Below are positions 19,243 to 29,607 of a stretch of 59,509 nt of DNA, one piece after another (the first letter of the stretch is position 1; every line of letters starts with the position of its first letter). Under the pieces are notes generated by a model that ran no database searches, was not told where the DNA came from, and was given only the letters and a program-made list of their open reading frames with translations. Source of the stretch: a virus (Duplodnaviria; Caudoviricetes); the IMG/VR virus record IMGVR_UViG_3300017781_000007, positions 1-59,509 of that record; one strand, written 5' to 3'. Position numbers and translations under genes: made by a program.

Positions 19243-21161
19243 TATCTTCTTCCATCAGGTTGTATGTCAAATCTAAATTGTCCAAATCTCCAACTTTGAT
19301 TAACTCCATCATTTTCTACTTTTACTGCTGCAAGCCTAGCTCTTGCTCTTGTGTCTACCTTACTCGTAGATGAGTTAACTGTAAATGGCCCTAAGGGTGA
19401 GCTAGCCTGTGTTTGAGATGGAAAATCTCTTAATGTAAGCGTTACTTTTGCATTGCCATTTATGTATTTAAAATCTGGTATAAATCTTCTTATCTTAATA
19501 AAGAACTCACCATCACCTTGAGAATCTAAATCAAAATCTCCAGAAAGAATAAATGCAGGAATTGCGTTAATAGTTCCATTCGCTAGAACTTCGTTTCTAC
19601 CAACTTCATGGTTAAATACCTGTGAGGAACCTTCAGAGACACCTTGAATTACAGGTGTTGTTGGTGCAACATTGTTTGTAAACTCTGTAGCTATTGGATC
19701 GTTAAATACTTTTGTATCAGTATATGTTGTTCTTGCTAAGGTGCTAGTGTACCAAGTTTGCTCAGCATAGTTATACGCAACTAATTTATTTACGAAATTT
19801 GAATTAGATGCTGCATAAAACCAATAGATTTCAGAGTACAAACTATTTTGTGAAGCATAGCAAAGTTCACTTCCACTAGCAAAATTAAATCCGGGTGCAT
19901 TATCTTCTGTAGTAAATACAAAATCTTCAACAAGTGATGGTAAAGCTTTTACCGTTCCGTCAAACATAAAGAAACCACCTGAGTTCCCTATCCAATATAC
20001 TGCACCGTTTGCATATACAATTGCGTGTTGACCGACACATCCACAATTAGAACCAACTTGTCGAATACTAAATGTAAATGGTGGACCTACAAACTGCATT
20101 AAGTATGCGGATGTATCTGTAAGAATTAGAGTATAGTCCTTACCTTTTACAGCACCAACAATTTTTGTTCCGCTGTCGATTCGCATCGAACCTGCAGTAT
20201 TTGTAGAAGTCGCTGTGTAGGTAGTAAGACTCTCTTGGTCTGAGAATCTTATGAACATTTTATCTTGTGTTGCTATATTACCAATTGTTGTTTCTGTTCC
20301 TAAATGTATTAGGTGTCTATCTTTGTCAGAAACCAAAGTCATTACAGATTTAGTTGGAGCTCCCGATAATACAACTGCTCTTGTATTAATACCGTTACCG
20401 CTATCTGGATCCCATTGTAATGTTACTCCATTCTTTACTGTTGCAATAAGCAACTCACCATAATTATCTAATGACCAAGAACCTGGATCTAAAACTGCAG
20501 ACGAAGTTGATCTAGGTGTACCCCAAGTTGATCCACCCCATAGTGCAGTTCCCCAACCAAAACCGAAACCTTGTAGTAATGGACCTATTTGAAAATAAGC
20601 TTTAAGATCTAATGTTCCGTTGTTTGTAGTGCCTGAACCTGATTCTGCACTAGGCATTAAAATTGTAAAAGTTGTAGATGTTGGAGCTAACTGTACTTCA
20701 AATAATACATTATCAAAATCAGATGCAACAAATCCTGTTTGTGCTGCATTGAAAGATCCAGCGTTAACAAACGATACGATGTCGCCTGGTTCGAGGTTGT
20801 GGGGCGCTGAAGAAGTAATCGTTACAGTTCTTGAAGCGCTAGTTGTTGTGATGTTACAACCTGACTGAGCCAAGGCTGTGTTGAAAGGTGTGATGTCATA
20901 ATAATCATCACCATTGTAAATGTACAAAGCTTTGTTTGTACCGATAGCAAGGTATCTTCTTCCTGCTAAATCTGACCAACTGTGAATATCTCTTCCTGCA
21001 CCTACTAGTTTAGAGTCTTTAATCTCATCCCAACCACCAATCTTTTCAGGCATTCCGTATCTAAATCTTACAAAGTCTCCGTCAACCCATTGGTTTTCGG
21101 CTCCTGACTCAGAAGCTTGTTTATTGAAACCAGGTGCAAAATTTACTTTAGTTAATGGCAT
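19242..21161 (-). CDS. Tail tubular / nozzle (packaged-DNA stabilisation) protein
   Basis: 639 aa, beta-rich, WVDGDFVRFRYG...KIGGW, RFSDQE, C-terminal QPDGRR; podovirus position. Confidence 0.65.
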   Translation of the reverse strand: MPLTKVNFAPGFNKQASESGAENQWVDGDFVRFRYGMPEKIGGWDEIKDSKLVGAGRDIHSWSDLAGRRYLAIGTNKALYIYNGDDYYDITPFNTALAQSGCNITTTSASRTVTITSSAPHNLEPGDIVSFVNAGSFNAAQTGFVASDFDNVLFEVQLAPTSTTFTILMPSAESGSGTTNNGTLDLKAYFQIGPLLQGFGFGWGTALWGGSTWGTPRSTSSAVLDPGSWSLDNYGELLIATVKNGVTLQWDPDSGNGINTRAVVLSGAPTKSVMTLVSDKDRHLIHLGTETTIGNIATQDKMFIRFSDQESLTTYTATSTNTAGSMRIDSGTKIVGAVKGKDYTLILTDTSAYLMQFVGPPFTFSIRQVGSNCGCVGQHAIVYANGAVYWIGNSGGFFMFDGTVKALPSLVEDFVFTTEDNAPGFNFASGSELCYASQNSLYSEIYWFYAASNSNFVNKLVAYNYAEQTWYTSTLARTTYTDTKVFNDPIATEFTNNVAPTTPVIQGVSEGSSQVFNHEVGRNEVLANGTINAIPAFILSGDFDLDSQGDGEFFIKIRRFIPDFKYINGNAKVTLTLRDFPSQTQASSPLGPFTVNSSTSKVDTRARARLAAVKVENDGVNQSWRFGQFRFDIQPDGRR

Positions 21162-21193
21162 AAGCGTATTTTACACCATTATGTAAGGTTTGT

Positions 21194-21751
21194 CTAAATG
21201 GTTAAAGAACTGATATTGTCCATAAATGTATTATTTATATTAAAATTTATAATACATCGTACAGATTTTGTTGGTTGGTAAGCTGTATGCAGGATAGACC
21301 CATCAAAGATAGCAACCCGCCCTTGTTTAGGCATAACTTTTTTAATGACCTTGTTTTTAGAGTTAAAAAATATTGTTTCTCCTTCTGAATCACATACATA
21401 ATATAAAACTATCGTATAAGGTTTGTCATATTTTGGCATGTCTATATGTGGAGTATCGTACTCCTTATACAAAGGATTTGGAAACTGTAAAAATGAATTA
21501 GCTCTCAATACAAGAAGATCTGATCTGTTAAACTTTTTGACAACAGGTAAAATATTTTCAAGATAATTAGAGTTTAAACCTTTTATATAATTAAAAAACT
21601 CATGTTGCACTGCAGGTCTATTTTGATCTCCTGCATTTGTTACATCCTGAATGAAGAACCAAGGAAATATTCTTTCTCTACCAATCATTAAATCTTTCAA
21701 TTCGTTTTGTGTTTGTAATGGTATAAAATTATCTATTACTTTAATGTTCAT
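21194..21751 (-). CDS. 2OG-Fe(II) oxygenase
   Basis: PHID...FDGSILH...R (HxD...H...R). Confidence 0.8.
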   Translation of the reverse strand: MNIKVIDNFIPLQTQNELKDLMIGRERIFPWFFIQDVTNAGDQNRPAVQHEFFNYIKGLNSNYLENILPVVKKFNRSDLLVLRANSFLQFPNPLYKEYDTPHIDMPKYDKPYTIVLYYVCDSEGETIFFNSKNKVIKKVMPKQGRVAIFDGSILHTAYQPTKSVRCIINFNINNTFMDNISSLTI

Positions 21752-22365
21752 GATAATTTGAAATCTAAGTTAAGAGTTTGTCTTGTGCCCTTAGTTTGTG
21801 GATATGATCCATGCCATAACCATATAGGAAATATAATAAGATCTCCTATTTTTGGTTTGTATGAATAATATTTTATGTATTCATTATTTAGAACGCAATA
21901 AAAATTGTTGGCATCTTTATGTTTCTTCTCATACTTAGGCACGTCTAAATAGACTACAGAGGCTACCTCTAAATTTTTCTTTTCAACACTTATTTTGTTT
22001 TTGTAATTATGTTTGTGCAAAGTATGATATGTATGCTCTTCTCCTATTACAGTCCAACCTGAAATATATTGTAAGTTAAAATTATGGTTGAATTTTAAAT
22101 GTAAAGCTTTTTGTACTTCATCTCTAATGTAGTGAAAATATTTTTGTGATGGTGTAGGTAACCCTGCATTATATTTTATTTGTGAAAAGATATCGTATTG
22201 TTTTGATAATCCTCCCGAAGTAGATCGTTCTCCAACATTTACTTCGATTGATTTTTTTGTAAGTTTATTAATTTGTGTCTTCAAACCTTTTACATTTATA
22301 TTACTTATAATTATCCAATCTGTGCTAAATGTAGAAGAGATTGAAGGATAATGCGTATTTGTCAT
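21748..22365 (-). CDS. Putative 2OG-Fe(II) oxygenase (HxH type)
   Basis: LHKH, SVVYL, FPIWLWHGS, R-x-T-LN. Confidence 0.75.
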   Translation of the reverse strand: MTNTHYPSISSTFSTDWIIISNINVKGLKTQINKLTKKSIEVNVGERSTSGGLSKQYDIFSQIKYNAGLPTPSQKYFHYIRDEVQKALHLKFNHNFNLQYISGWTVIGEEHTYHTLHKHNYKNKISVEKKNLEVASVVYLDVPKYEKKHKDANNFYCVLNNEYIKYYSYKPKIGDLIIFPIWLWHGSYPQTKGTRQTLNLDFKLS

Positions 22366-22831
22366 TTGATTTATTCCTGGTTGTGTAATGGCTTAAAAGA
22401 CCAGAGAACAATACTAACAAACCCTTTTGAGGTTTGATAACCTGATCTATTTGATCAAAATGTAATTCTTGATCACAATCATCTAAATAGACAACACCTG
22501 AAGCAAAGCTTGGTCTGTGATTATGATCTATTGTTCTCTCATCGTAGCATTGTTTTATTCCCCATGCATTGTGTAATTTCCATTTACCTTCATTTGTTTT
22601 CTTTTCTATTATGTCTCTTACAGGACGAAAAATTTGTTTGGTGAATACCTCATCATCACAGAAAAAATTCCAAGCTGTCATTTTAGATTGAACGTTTGAT
22701 TGATAATTTCTATTTGATTTGTGTGCAATACCTTCTTCAATTCTATGCTTAAAATATTTAATATCAATTTTTATTTTATCTACAAATAAAAATACAGGTT
22801 GTTCAATATAAGTTTTAATCTCTTTTTGCAT
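22325..22831 (-). CDS. Putative 2OG-Fe(II) oxygenase (HxH type)
   Basis: DHNH, SGVVYL, FSGLLSH, KYALSFN. Confidence 0.75.
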   Translation of the reverse strand: MQKEIKTYIEQPVFLFVDKIKIDIKYFKHRIEEGIAHKSNRNYQSNVQSKMTAWNFFCDDEVFTKQIFRPVRDIIEKKTNEGKWKLHNAWGIKQCYDERTIDHNHRPSFASGVVYLDDCDQELHFDQIDQVIKPQKGLLVLFSGLLSHYTTRNKSNDKYALSFNLFYI

Positions 22832-24341
22832 GTATTTTTGTTAGCACATCAATTAATTTTGGTTTAGTCAATGCAACTTCTTTCCATCTTTTTATTGCTC
22901 GTTCTCTTTCTGTTATATCTTTACCATATTTATCTACAAGCCAATCATTAGTTTTTTCTTTCAAATAATTTTCTGCAGCTAATGCAATATCATCTGTTGG
23001 AAATCTATACATACCAGTCGCAATACATTGCAGTCCTGTTTCACTATAATAGTTATAATTATTTTTATGTTCAATTAATCTTTCAATATCATAGCTACCC
23101 ATCTTTTCTTTAGCTATAGATTTGTTTGTAAGATCTCTCCAATATTGAGTATCATCTCTTGCTGACATGTAATAATGCACAGCTACAAATTCTGCAAAAC
23201 GATCAAAGGTACCTTTACAGCAATGGTTAAACTCATCTCTATCTAATTGATTTACATTAGGTCTTCTTAATGTTCTTGCTAATTCAATAAGAAATTCATG
23301 TACAGTAAACAAACCATTACTTTCTAACGGTTCAATGAAACCTGCAGATAATCCTATTGCAACTACATTTTTTACAAAAATCTTTTCATGCATACCTATT
23401 CTCATTTTAATATTGTTAGCTTCTATATCTTCTTTACCTAAATGTTTTTTAAATTGTGCCAAAGCATCTTCATCACTTATGTATTTATCCGAATAAACAT
23501 AACCTGTGCCAATTCTATTCCAACTTGGTATTGTCCAAATCCAGCCGTTCTCTACAGCTTTGCAATTTGTATAAGGCACTAATTGTTTTTCTTTATCCTC
23601 GTAAGGTATTCTTGTAGCCCATGCGCTATTGTTTGGTAAAAGGTTTTCATAACTTTTAAAAGGTACTTTTAAATTTTCTCCGAGTAATAATGATTTGAAA
23701 CCTGTGCAATCAATATATAAATCAGCCTTGTATTTATTGTTTAGAGATACAACACCATTTTCATCTTGTTCTACAGAATCAATATCATCGATTATGTGCT
23801 CAACGCCTTCAGGTATACATATTTTTTCTTTAAGCCATTGTCCAAACTTTGTTGCATCAAAATGATAAGCCGTATCGTCGGCAAATGAAAAATTACCAAG
23901 TTCTCCATCTTTGTTTATACCTATTCTATTATATTTAACTAATTGCATTTGTGGATATAAAAAGTTTGCATAATTCGAAACCATTGTGTTTCGTTTTAAC
24001 ATTTTTTTAAAATACCAAGTGTTCTTTCCAGACCATAAATTATCTTCGCAAGGTAGTCCAAACGGATAATGAAAACTCTCGTCCTTCCTATAGAAGTCTT
24101 CAAACCTTATACTTAGTTTATAACTTCCATCTGTATATGGTAAAAAATCTTTATCTTTAATTTTAAGTAAAGATAACCATTGGTTTATTGTTCCTAATGT
24201 GCTCTCTCCTACACCAACTATTTTATGATTTTTAGATTCTATCAATGTAATCTTTTTACTAGGAAACAATTTAATAAGGGTTGCAGCGGTCATCCATCCA
24301 GATGAACCACCTCCTACGATAACAATTTTATTAATCTTCAT
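22815..24341 (-). CDS. Flavin-dependent halogenase (tryptophan halogenase family)
   Basis: GGGSSG, VGVGES, conserved Lys in GSYKLSIRF, YHFDA, WIWTIP, FIEPLESNG; start trimmed to MKINK. Confidence 0.9.
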   Translation of the reverse strand: MKINKIVIVGGGSSGWMTAATLIKLFPSKKITLIESKNHKIVGVGESTLGTINQWLSLLKIKDKDFLPYTDGSYKLSIRFEDFYRKDESFHYPFGLPCEDNLWSGKNTWYFKKMLKRNTMVSNYANFLYPQMQLVKYNRIGINKDGELGNFSFADDTAYHFDATKFGQWLKEKICIPEGVEHIIDDIDSVEQDENGVVSLNNKYKADLYIDCTGFKSLLLGENLKVPFKSYENLLPNNSAWATRIPYEDKEKQLVPYTNCKAVENGWIWTIPSWNRIGTGYVYSDKYISDEDALAQFKKHLGKEDIEANNIKMRIGMHEKIFVKNVVAIGLSAGFIEPLESNGLFTVHEFLIELARTLRRPNVNQLDRDEFNHCCKGTFDRFAEFVAVHYYMSARDDTQYWRDLTNKSIAKEKMGSYDIERLIEHKNNYNYYSETGLQCIATGMYRFPTDDIALAAENYLKEKTNDWLVDKYGKDITERERAIKRWKEVALTKPKLIDVLTKIHAKRD

Positions 24342-25017
24342 TAGTTTTTCTGTAGAATGCTGGAAAACCTGGTGCAGGTCTGCCATCAAATTTATTAGCT
24401 AAACCTCTTTGTGTATTTTCCTGGTAATGTAAAAATACTTGACCACATTTCTCTCCTTTGAACTCTTCTCTCCAATGCTCACAATCAATACCATTATAAA
24501 CCAACATATCCCCAGGTGCTAAATTAACTTTTACACCTTTACTATCACTCATAATATATTTACCTTCAGGTGATTTATTTCCGTAAGTGCTATCAGGCTC
24601 AATGTATATTGGCCATGGATCCCCACCAAGATTGAGTGTAGTTGATATACCACAACTAAATCTGTCTTTGTGTTTAGGTAAGATAGACCCCCTTCTATAC
24701 AATCTTGTGTAAGAATAATTAGGTATTAGTTGAAGCTTTGTAAGCTTTTCCATTTTACCTTTTAATTTTAGTAATAATGTTTCCATTACAAAATCACCAT
24801 AACAACAATATGTCTCTGGTATATTCACTTGTTCGTTAGTACCAAAGGTACCTAAATCTGTATTAAATGGTTCAAGGTATTTATCCTTAAATAGATTATC
24901 TACAACGTTTGATTTTAGAACAAGATAGTTATAAATAAATTCTGCAAACTCTTTGCTTATTGCTTTCTTAATTACAAAATAATTTTTTTGTTTAAATTGG
25001 TTCATTTGAATGGCCAT
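24331..25017 (-). CDS. 2OG-Fe(II) oxygenase
   Basis: LPKHKDR, PGDMLVY, EHWRE, QVFLHY; start may be 25005. Confidence 0.8.
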   Translation of the reverse strand: MAIQMNQFKQKNYFVIKKAISKEFAEFIYNYLVLKSNVVDNLFKDKYLEPFNTDLGTFGTNEQVNIPETYCCYGDFVMETLLLKLKGKMEKLTKLQLIPNYSYTRLYRRGSILPKHKDRFSCGISTTLNLGGDPWPIYIEPDSTYGNKSPEGKYIMSDSKGVKVNLAPGDMLVYNGIDCEHWREEFKGEKCGQVFLHYQENTQRGLANKFDGRPAPGFPAFYRKTNED

Positions 25018-25601
25018 CCTACACTCCACATTACTAGAGAGTATCTTGTTCCATGTGTTACAGGTCTTATCTTGTGTAATAAATCAGCTGGAAACACTAC
25101 AGCATCTCCTGCGTTTTGCATTTCATAAACAGTTCTTGTAGGTTCTTTTCTATTGCCGAAGTCCACTTCGAACTCTCCACCTTTGTATTCATTGAAATCA
25201 CTTAATAACACTGACATAGATAATTTTCTAGCCTTACCGTTTAAATAAGGTTTGTCTTGTTTTTCATAAGCACCTACAAAAGCATCTTCATGCCAATCAT
25301 AATGCATACCTGGTTTATAGATTGTAAATTGTACAGGTTCAGCAGAATCAATTTGAAAATTCCAATTTGCTAATCTGTTTGCATTTTCAATAATTCTGTA
25401 AAGTTTAATATTTAACCATTTCTCTTCAAGCCAATCTACATTGCTTTTTCTTATTACAGGATTGACAACCTTACCCCGTTTATTATCCCCAACTTCAGCA
25501 TCATGAGATTGCCCTTTTGCTAAACCATATTTAATTATGTTTTGACAAAGATGTTTAGGAAATGCGTTTCTAAAATAGATATATTTGTGCTTTAAGACCA
25601 T
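25002..25601 (-). CDS. 2OG-Fe(II) oxygenase (PKHD / prolyl-hydroxylase-like)
   Basis: YDWHED, RKLS, YKGGEF, FPADLLHKIRPVTHGTRYSLV. Confidence 0.88.
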   Translation of the reverse strand: MVLKHKYIYFRNAFPKHLCQNIIKYGLAKGQSHDAEVGDNKRGKVVNPVIRKSNVDWLEEKWLNIKLYRIIENANRLANWNFQIDSAEPVQFTIYKPGMHYDWHEDAFVGAYEKQDKPYLNGKARKLSMSVLLSDFNEYKGGEFEVDFGNRKEPTRTVYEMQNAGDAVVFPADLLHKIRPVTHGTRYSLVMWSVGWPFK

Positions 25602-25642
25602 GCAGAACTTTAGCACTTATACTAAAGTTAATCAAACAACAA

Positions 25643-26506
25643 TTAACTGCTTGACCAATTACCTGCTGCAACTAAATCTAAAACTTCAGATAAAGTCCAT
25701 ACTCCAGAAGCTCCAGCAAATCCACCTGGTTCTTTGAATACTGCATATCCACCTTGGCCTGAATAAGATCCTGACCTTACAGGTCCGTGGCTTCCTCCGC
25801 CACCGCCTTGGTTGTTACCACCCGCTGCAGTTGAGCCTCCTCCAGGAGTTGGGGGACCTGATCCTCTTCCGCCTGCTCCTCCAGAAGCATAGTGTGTTTG
25901 TGATGGTGAATCTGTTGGACTCGCTATATCAAATTGTTTTCCTTGGCCTCCTGTGTTTCTAGGAGAGGCTGTACCGCCTGATCCGCCTCCTCCAGCTCCG
26001 GGGTCTCCACCCGATCCGCCTGGATTTCCGTGTCCTGTAAAAGGACCACTTGGACTTTGTTGACCTGGACCTGGAGATCCTGGACCTCCTGCGTGTCCTG
26101 CTCCTCCGCCCGATCCTCCAGCGCCGCCACCAGAGTTTCCTCCGTGTCCCGCACCGAAACCACCGCCAAGTGCAGTGTGTCCATCAAATGTAGATTGTCC
26201 TCCAGCTGAACCTGGAAAGTTTTGTGGGCCGCCACCGCCGCCTCCGCCACCGCCTCCAATTGAAACTGGATAAGGTGATCCATTAAGTGGGTGCTCAGGA
26301 GAGTGCAATAAGCCTCCCGCTCCGCCTCCACCACCTCGGTTTGGGCCTGCTCCACCGCCACCGCCAATTAATAAAACTTCGGCAGTTGCTGCAGATGGGT
26401 TAAAAGTACCTGATGAAGTAAAAGTTGTAATTTGTTCTGCTGATACTTGTGGATCGTTGTTTGGACCAATGACACCACCATTATTAAAATATTGTCTATT
26501 TGGCAT
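25643..26506 (-). CDS. Glycine-rich tail fibre / receptor-binding protein
   Basis: TFTSSGTF, GGGGAGG repeats, Pro-rich, SGVWTL C-terminus. Confidence 0.65.
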   Translation of the reverse strand: MPNRQYFNNGGVIGPNNDPQVSAEQITTFTSSGTFNPSAATAEVLLIGGGGGAGPNRGGGGGAGGLLHSPEHPLNGSPYPVSIGGGGGGGGGGPQNFPGSAGGQSTFDGHTALGGGFGAGHGGNSGGGAGGSGGGAGHAGGPGSPGPGQQSPSGPFTGHGNPGGSGGDPGAGGGGSGGTASPRNTGGQGKQFDIASPTDSPSQTHYASGGAGGRGSGPPTPGGGSTAAGGNNQGGGGGSHGPVRSGSYSGQGGYAVFKEPGGFAGASGVWTLSEVLDLVAAGNWSSS

Positions 26507-26976
26507 TATTCATTCTCCCATGTGTTACTTGAAGTATTATACACTTGAACTACTTCAGGTGTAATAATATCTCCTTCTGAATCTATTTGCTTTCTAATCA
26601 GTCTCATTGGATCTTCTTCCCAAGTAACTTCGTATTCATTTCCGCTTTCATCAGTTGATAATGATTGGTCGATTAATGGCCATGGTTCTGGTGGACCATA
26701 AATCAAATCAGTTCCATCTAACTTCCAAGTGTTTGGAAAAGTATTGACGTTTGCAAACTTGGACATGGCAGGAATATAAAAACCATTTATCCAATGTTTA
26801 CCTTCTTCTGCTTCGATGTATGAATGTCCATCATTTTGGAAAGATTCAACAAACTCAACTGTAGCGTCATCCTCAAATAAGACACTATTAAGCACTTGTT
26901 TACCAGTAATAGAACCTGTGTCCCTTAAAGGTAATGTAGTTTCGTTGTTGTCTATCTTAACAAAGATTTTGGCCAT
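26506..26976 (-). CDS. Tail fibre-associated protein
   Basis: 156 aa, acidic, PPEPWP; coupled to the Gly-rich gene. Confidence 0.5.
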   Translation of the reverse strand: MAKIFVKIDNNETTLPLRDTGSITGKQVLNSVLFEDDATVEFVESFQNDGHSYIEAEEGKHWINGFYIPAMSKFANVNTFPNTWKLDGTDLIYGPPEPWPLIDQSLSTDESGNEYEVTWEEDPMRLIRKQIDSEGDIITPEVVQVYNTSSNTWENE

Positions 26977-26994
26977 AACGATTACGACCTCCTA

Positions 26995-27360
26995 TTAACT
27001 TAATTCTTCGTAATTAATAGTGATCACTAAATCTGAGTTTGCTCCTGCGCCTGCTTCAATGTTATCGCCTTCTTCAAGATAAAGAGAAGTGTTTTTATCG
27101 ATAACTGTTAAAGTAGAGTCTGCTGGTACAGAAATTGTAGAAGCAATTGCTATTGGTGATCCACCTGACTTTGTAATAAATACAGATGCATCAGCAGCAT
27201 TTGTTCCATCAATGTTTGCTACTAAGATATTGTTAATTTTAAACACTTTGTTTGAAGATCCTGCATTAGCAAGAATCTCAGTTGTAAGTGTTGTATCCAA
27301 CGCAGCTTGTTTTGATTTCGCTGTGATCGTTGCTACGTTTACTAGGTTTGGTGCCGCCAT
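26995..27360 (-). CDS. Tail fibre-associated structural protein
   Basis: MAAPNLVNV...LYLEEGD...INYEELS; GGAG RBS. Confidence 0.6.
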   Translation of the reverse strand: MAAPNLVNVATITAKSKQAALDTTLTTEILANAGSSNKVFKINNILVANIDGTNAADASVFITKSGGSPIAIASTISVPADSTLTVIDKNTSLYLEEGDNIEAGAGANSDLVITINYEELS

Positions 27361-27385
27361 GTTTTATACTCCTTTATTATTAATA

Positions 27386-28036
27386 TTAACCAAAAACTAA
27401 AGCCATTGCAATGGCTTTACCTGTTGTTGCGACGTCGCCGAAAGATAAATTTCCAGCTCCATCTGTTTTTAAACCATTTCCTGATGAACCATCAGCAGTA
27501 GGTAGATTTAAAGTAAAGCTTGATCCGACAGTTGCCGCAGCTCTTAGGCCAACATACTCACCACCTGTAGCGTCTTCAAATCTCACTTCATTTCTGTTTA
27601 CTAGATTTACTCCAGACGATTTGCTTAAGATATCATTTACATTTGTACCATCAGCAAAAAGAATTTTAGTTCCTTTGTCTGTTGTAGAAAAAGTTGGACC
27701 TGTTCCTGATACAGTTTTAAACTGAACCGTGAAAGCTCCTGTTGTTCCATTCTCAACGATGTAAGTTTTTTCAATTGAATCTGGAATAGTTACAATTTGG
27801 TTTCCTGTAATAGTACCTGTTAATTTAATAACTGCATTTCTTGCGTTTGAAATCGTTCCATTAGTCATCACTAAGGCAGTAGTTTGAGCTCCACCTGCAA
27901 TTGATATTGATTCAAATCCAGCAACTGCTTGTTGTACTAGGTTTAAGTTTGCGTTAGTTTTATCTCCCCATGTTCCAGAGTTTTCCCCTGTTACCATTAG
28001 TTCGAGTTTTAAATCTGTCGAATAACTTGATGCCAT
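27386..28036 (-). CDS. Tail fibre / tail structural protein
   Basis: GENSGTWG, LPTADG, LKTDGAGNLSF, GKAIAMALVFG. Confidence 0.65.
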   Translation of the reverse strand: MASSYSTDLKLELMVTGENSGTWGDKTNANLNLVQQAVAGFESISIAGGAQTTALVMTNGTISNARNAVIKLTGTITGNQIVTIPDSIEKTYIVENGTTGAFTVQFKTVSGTGPTFSTTDKGTKILFADGTNVNDILSKSSGVNLVNRNEVRFEDATGGEYVGLRAAATVGSSFTLNLPTADGSSGNGLKTDGAGNLSFGDVATTGKAIAMALVFG

Positions 28037-28074
28037 AATTTATATCCTTTATTAAATACTTAATTTTATTTGCC

Positions 28075-29592
28075 TTACGCTGCCTTGTCAACTACCGTCC
28101 ATGTTGGACTCGCTCCAGGGTCAACAACAGCCCATGCATTTATCCCCATTATACCAGCTGTTACTGTTCCTGTCACTCCTGTTGGAGTTGCAGTAATACT
28201 TATTCCTGCTAAATAATCACCAATAACTATAGGGCCTAATGCTTGACCTGTTACAGAAACCCTTACATTAGTAAATGCATCTTCGTCACCTAATGCTGTT
28301 TGTAATAATCCAGCAGTTGTAACAACAACATTTGCGTCTGCTTTAATTGATTCCTGACCAACACTGATTGCAAGAGTTACTGGTGTAACATCTACTTCTA
28401 CTGATGGGACAGCTACTTCCTCACCACCTTGTGAAATATCAGTTCCTACACCTTGACCCCATTCTCCTACGCCCCAAATTTGTTCACCCCAACGTGAAGC
28501 TGATGCAGTTGTAACAGGAACAATTACTAACTCTCCACCAAATGCACTATTTTGAGCAACGGTTGCTTGAGCTCCTGTAAATTCATATATTGAAGCTTGA
28601 CCTAGAGTTCCTAACGATCCTGTTGCCGATACTCCAGTTGGTGAAGCTGTTGCTGCACCCGTTTGAACTGTATCTGTTCCAACAAATATTGTGATTCCGT
28701 CTCCAACTCCCCAGAAACCTTGACCCCAAGATTCAGTGCCCCATTCATCATTAACAGGACTTGTTACTTCAACTACAACTAACTCACCTGCAAAAGCACT
28801 TGTTTGTTGTGCAGCAAGAGTTACTCCTGTGATGTTTGGATCTACCGAAGTTCCTGCAACAGCGTTAGTTAATGCAATGGTTCTACCGATACCTGTTACA
28901 CTAACATTTGCGTCTGCCGTGTTTGATTCATCTCCTAGTGAAACTGATAATTGTCGACCTGTGACACCGACAGTAGGGTTAGCTAAATCTCCCCAATTGT
29001 TTGCACCCCAAGTTAATCCACCCCAACCAATATTAATTTCATTTGTAATAGAAACTGAAGCGAGTGTTAAAGTTAACGCTTGGCCTGTTGCTTCAGCATC
29101 AGGTTCAGGATCTGCATTACCTTGAGTGATTGTTAAATTTTGACTTGCAGCGACTACAGCTACATCGATCTGAACACCTTCGTTACCAACCGAAGAAGCT
29201 ATTGAAAGCGCTGTTGGACTTATGTCTGCATCTGCAGTTGTAGTTACACTTTGAACAGCAGATTGAATTAATTGTGAACCTGCAAGAACATCACCAAATA
29301 TACCCCAACCATTTTCGCCCCAAGCACTTCCGCCCCAACCAGCATTGATTTCACCTGTTACGGATTCGTCTCCTTGAGATATAGTTAATTGGACTCCTGA
29401 AGGTTGTCCGAAAGCATCTGTTAGGTTACCCCAAACGTTAAATCCCCACGTTTGTCCACCCCAACCATCAACGTTGAAGGCGTCTTCTGTTCCTATTGAT
29501 AAAGATATGACGTTGCCACTTGGGGCTACAGAGTTAACATCACTCTGCCATGAGTTCGATCCCCATACATTAGTCCCCCAAGTAGACGCCAT
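28075..29592 (-). CDS. Virion protein with WG-x3-WG repeats
   Basis: Six clusters of W-G-x3-W-G-x3-W in a Thr/Ala/Val/Ser-rich sequence. Confidence 0.6.
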   Translation of the reverse strand: MASTWGTNVWGSNSWQSDVNSVAPSGNVISLSIGTEDAFNVDGWGGQTWGFNVWGNLTDAFGQPSGVQLTISQGDESVTGEINAGWGGSAWGENGWGIFGDVLAGSQLIQSAVQSVTTTADADISPTALSIASSVGNEGVQIDVAVVAASQNLTITQGNADPEPDAEATGQALTLTLASVSITNEINIGWGGLTWGANNWGDLANPTVGVTGRQLSVSLGDESNTADANVSVTGIGRTIALTNAVAGTSVDPNITGVTLAAQQTSAFAGELVVVEVTSPVNDEWGTESWGQGFWGVGDGITIFVGTDTVQTGAATASPTGVSATGSLGTLGQASIYEFTGAQATVAQNSAFGGELVIVPVTTASASRWGEQIWGVGEWGQGVGTDISQGGEEVAVPSVEVDVTPVTLAISVGQESIKADANVVVTTAGLLQTALGDEDAFTNVRVSVTGQALGPIVIGDYLAGISITATPTGVTGTVTAGIMGINAWAVVDPGASPTWTVVDKAA

Positions 29593-29607
29593 TCATAACT
29601 CCCTCGA

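Noticed and set aside
25924-26367. Alternative-frame 147-aa ORF in the Gly-rich gene
   Set aside because: Explained by shifted GGN codons (Glu/Ala/Val-rich); no motifs, unlike the dcm nested frame
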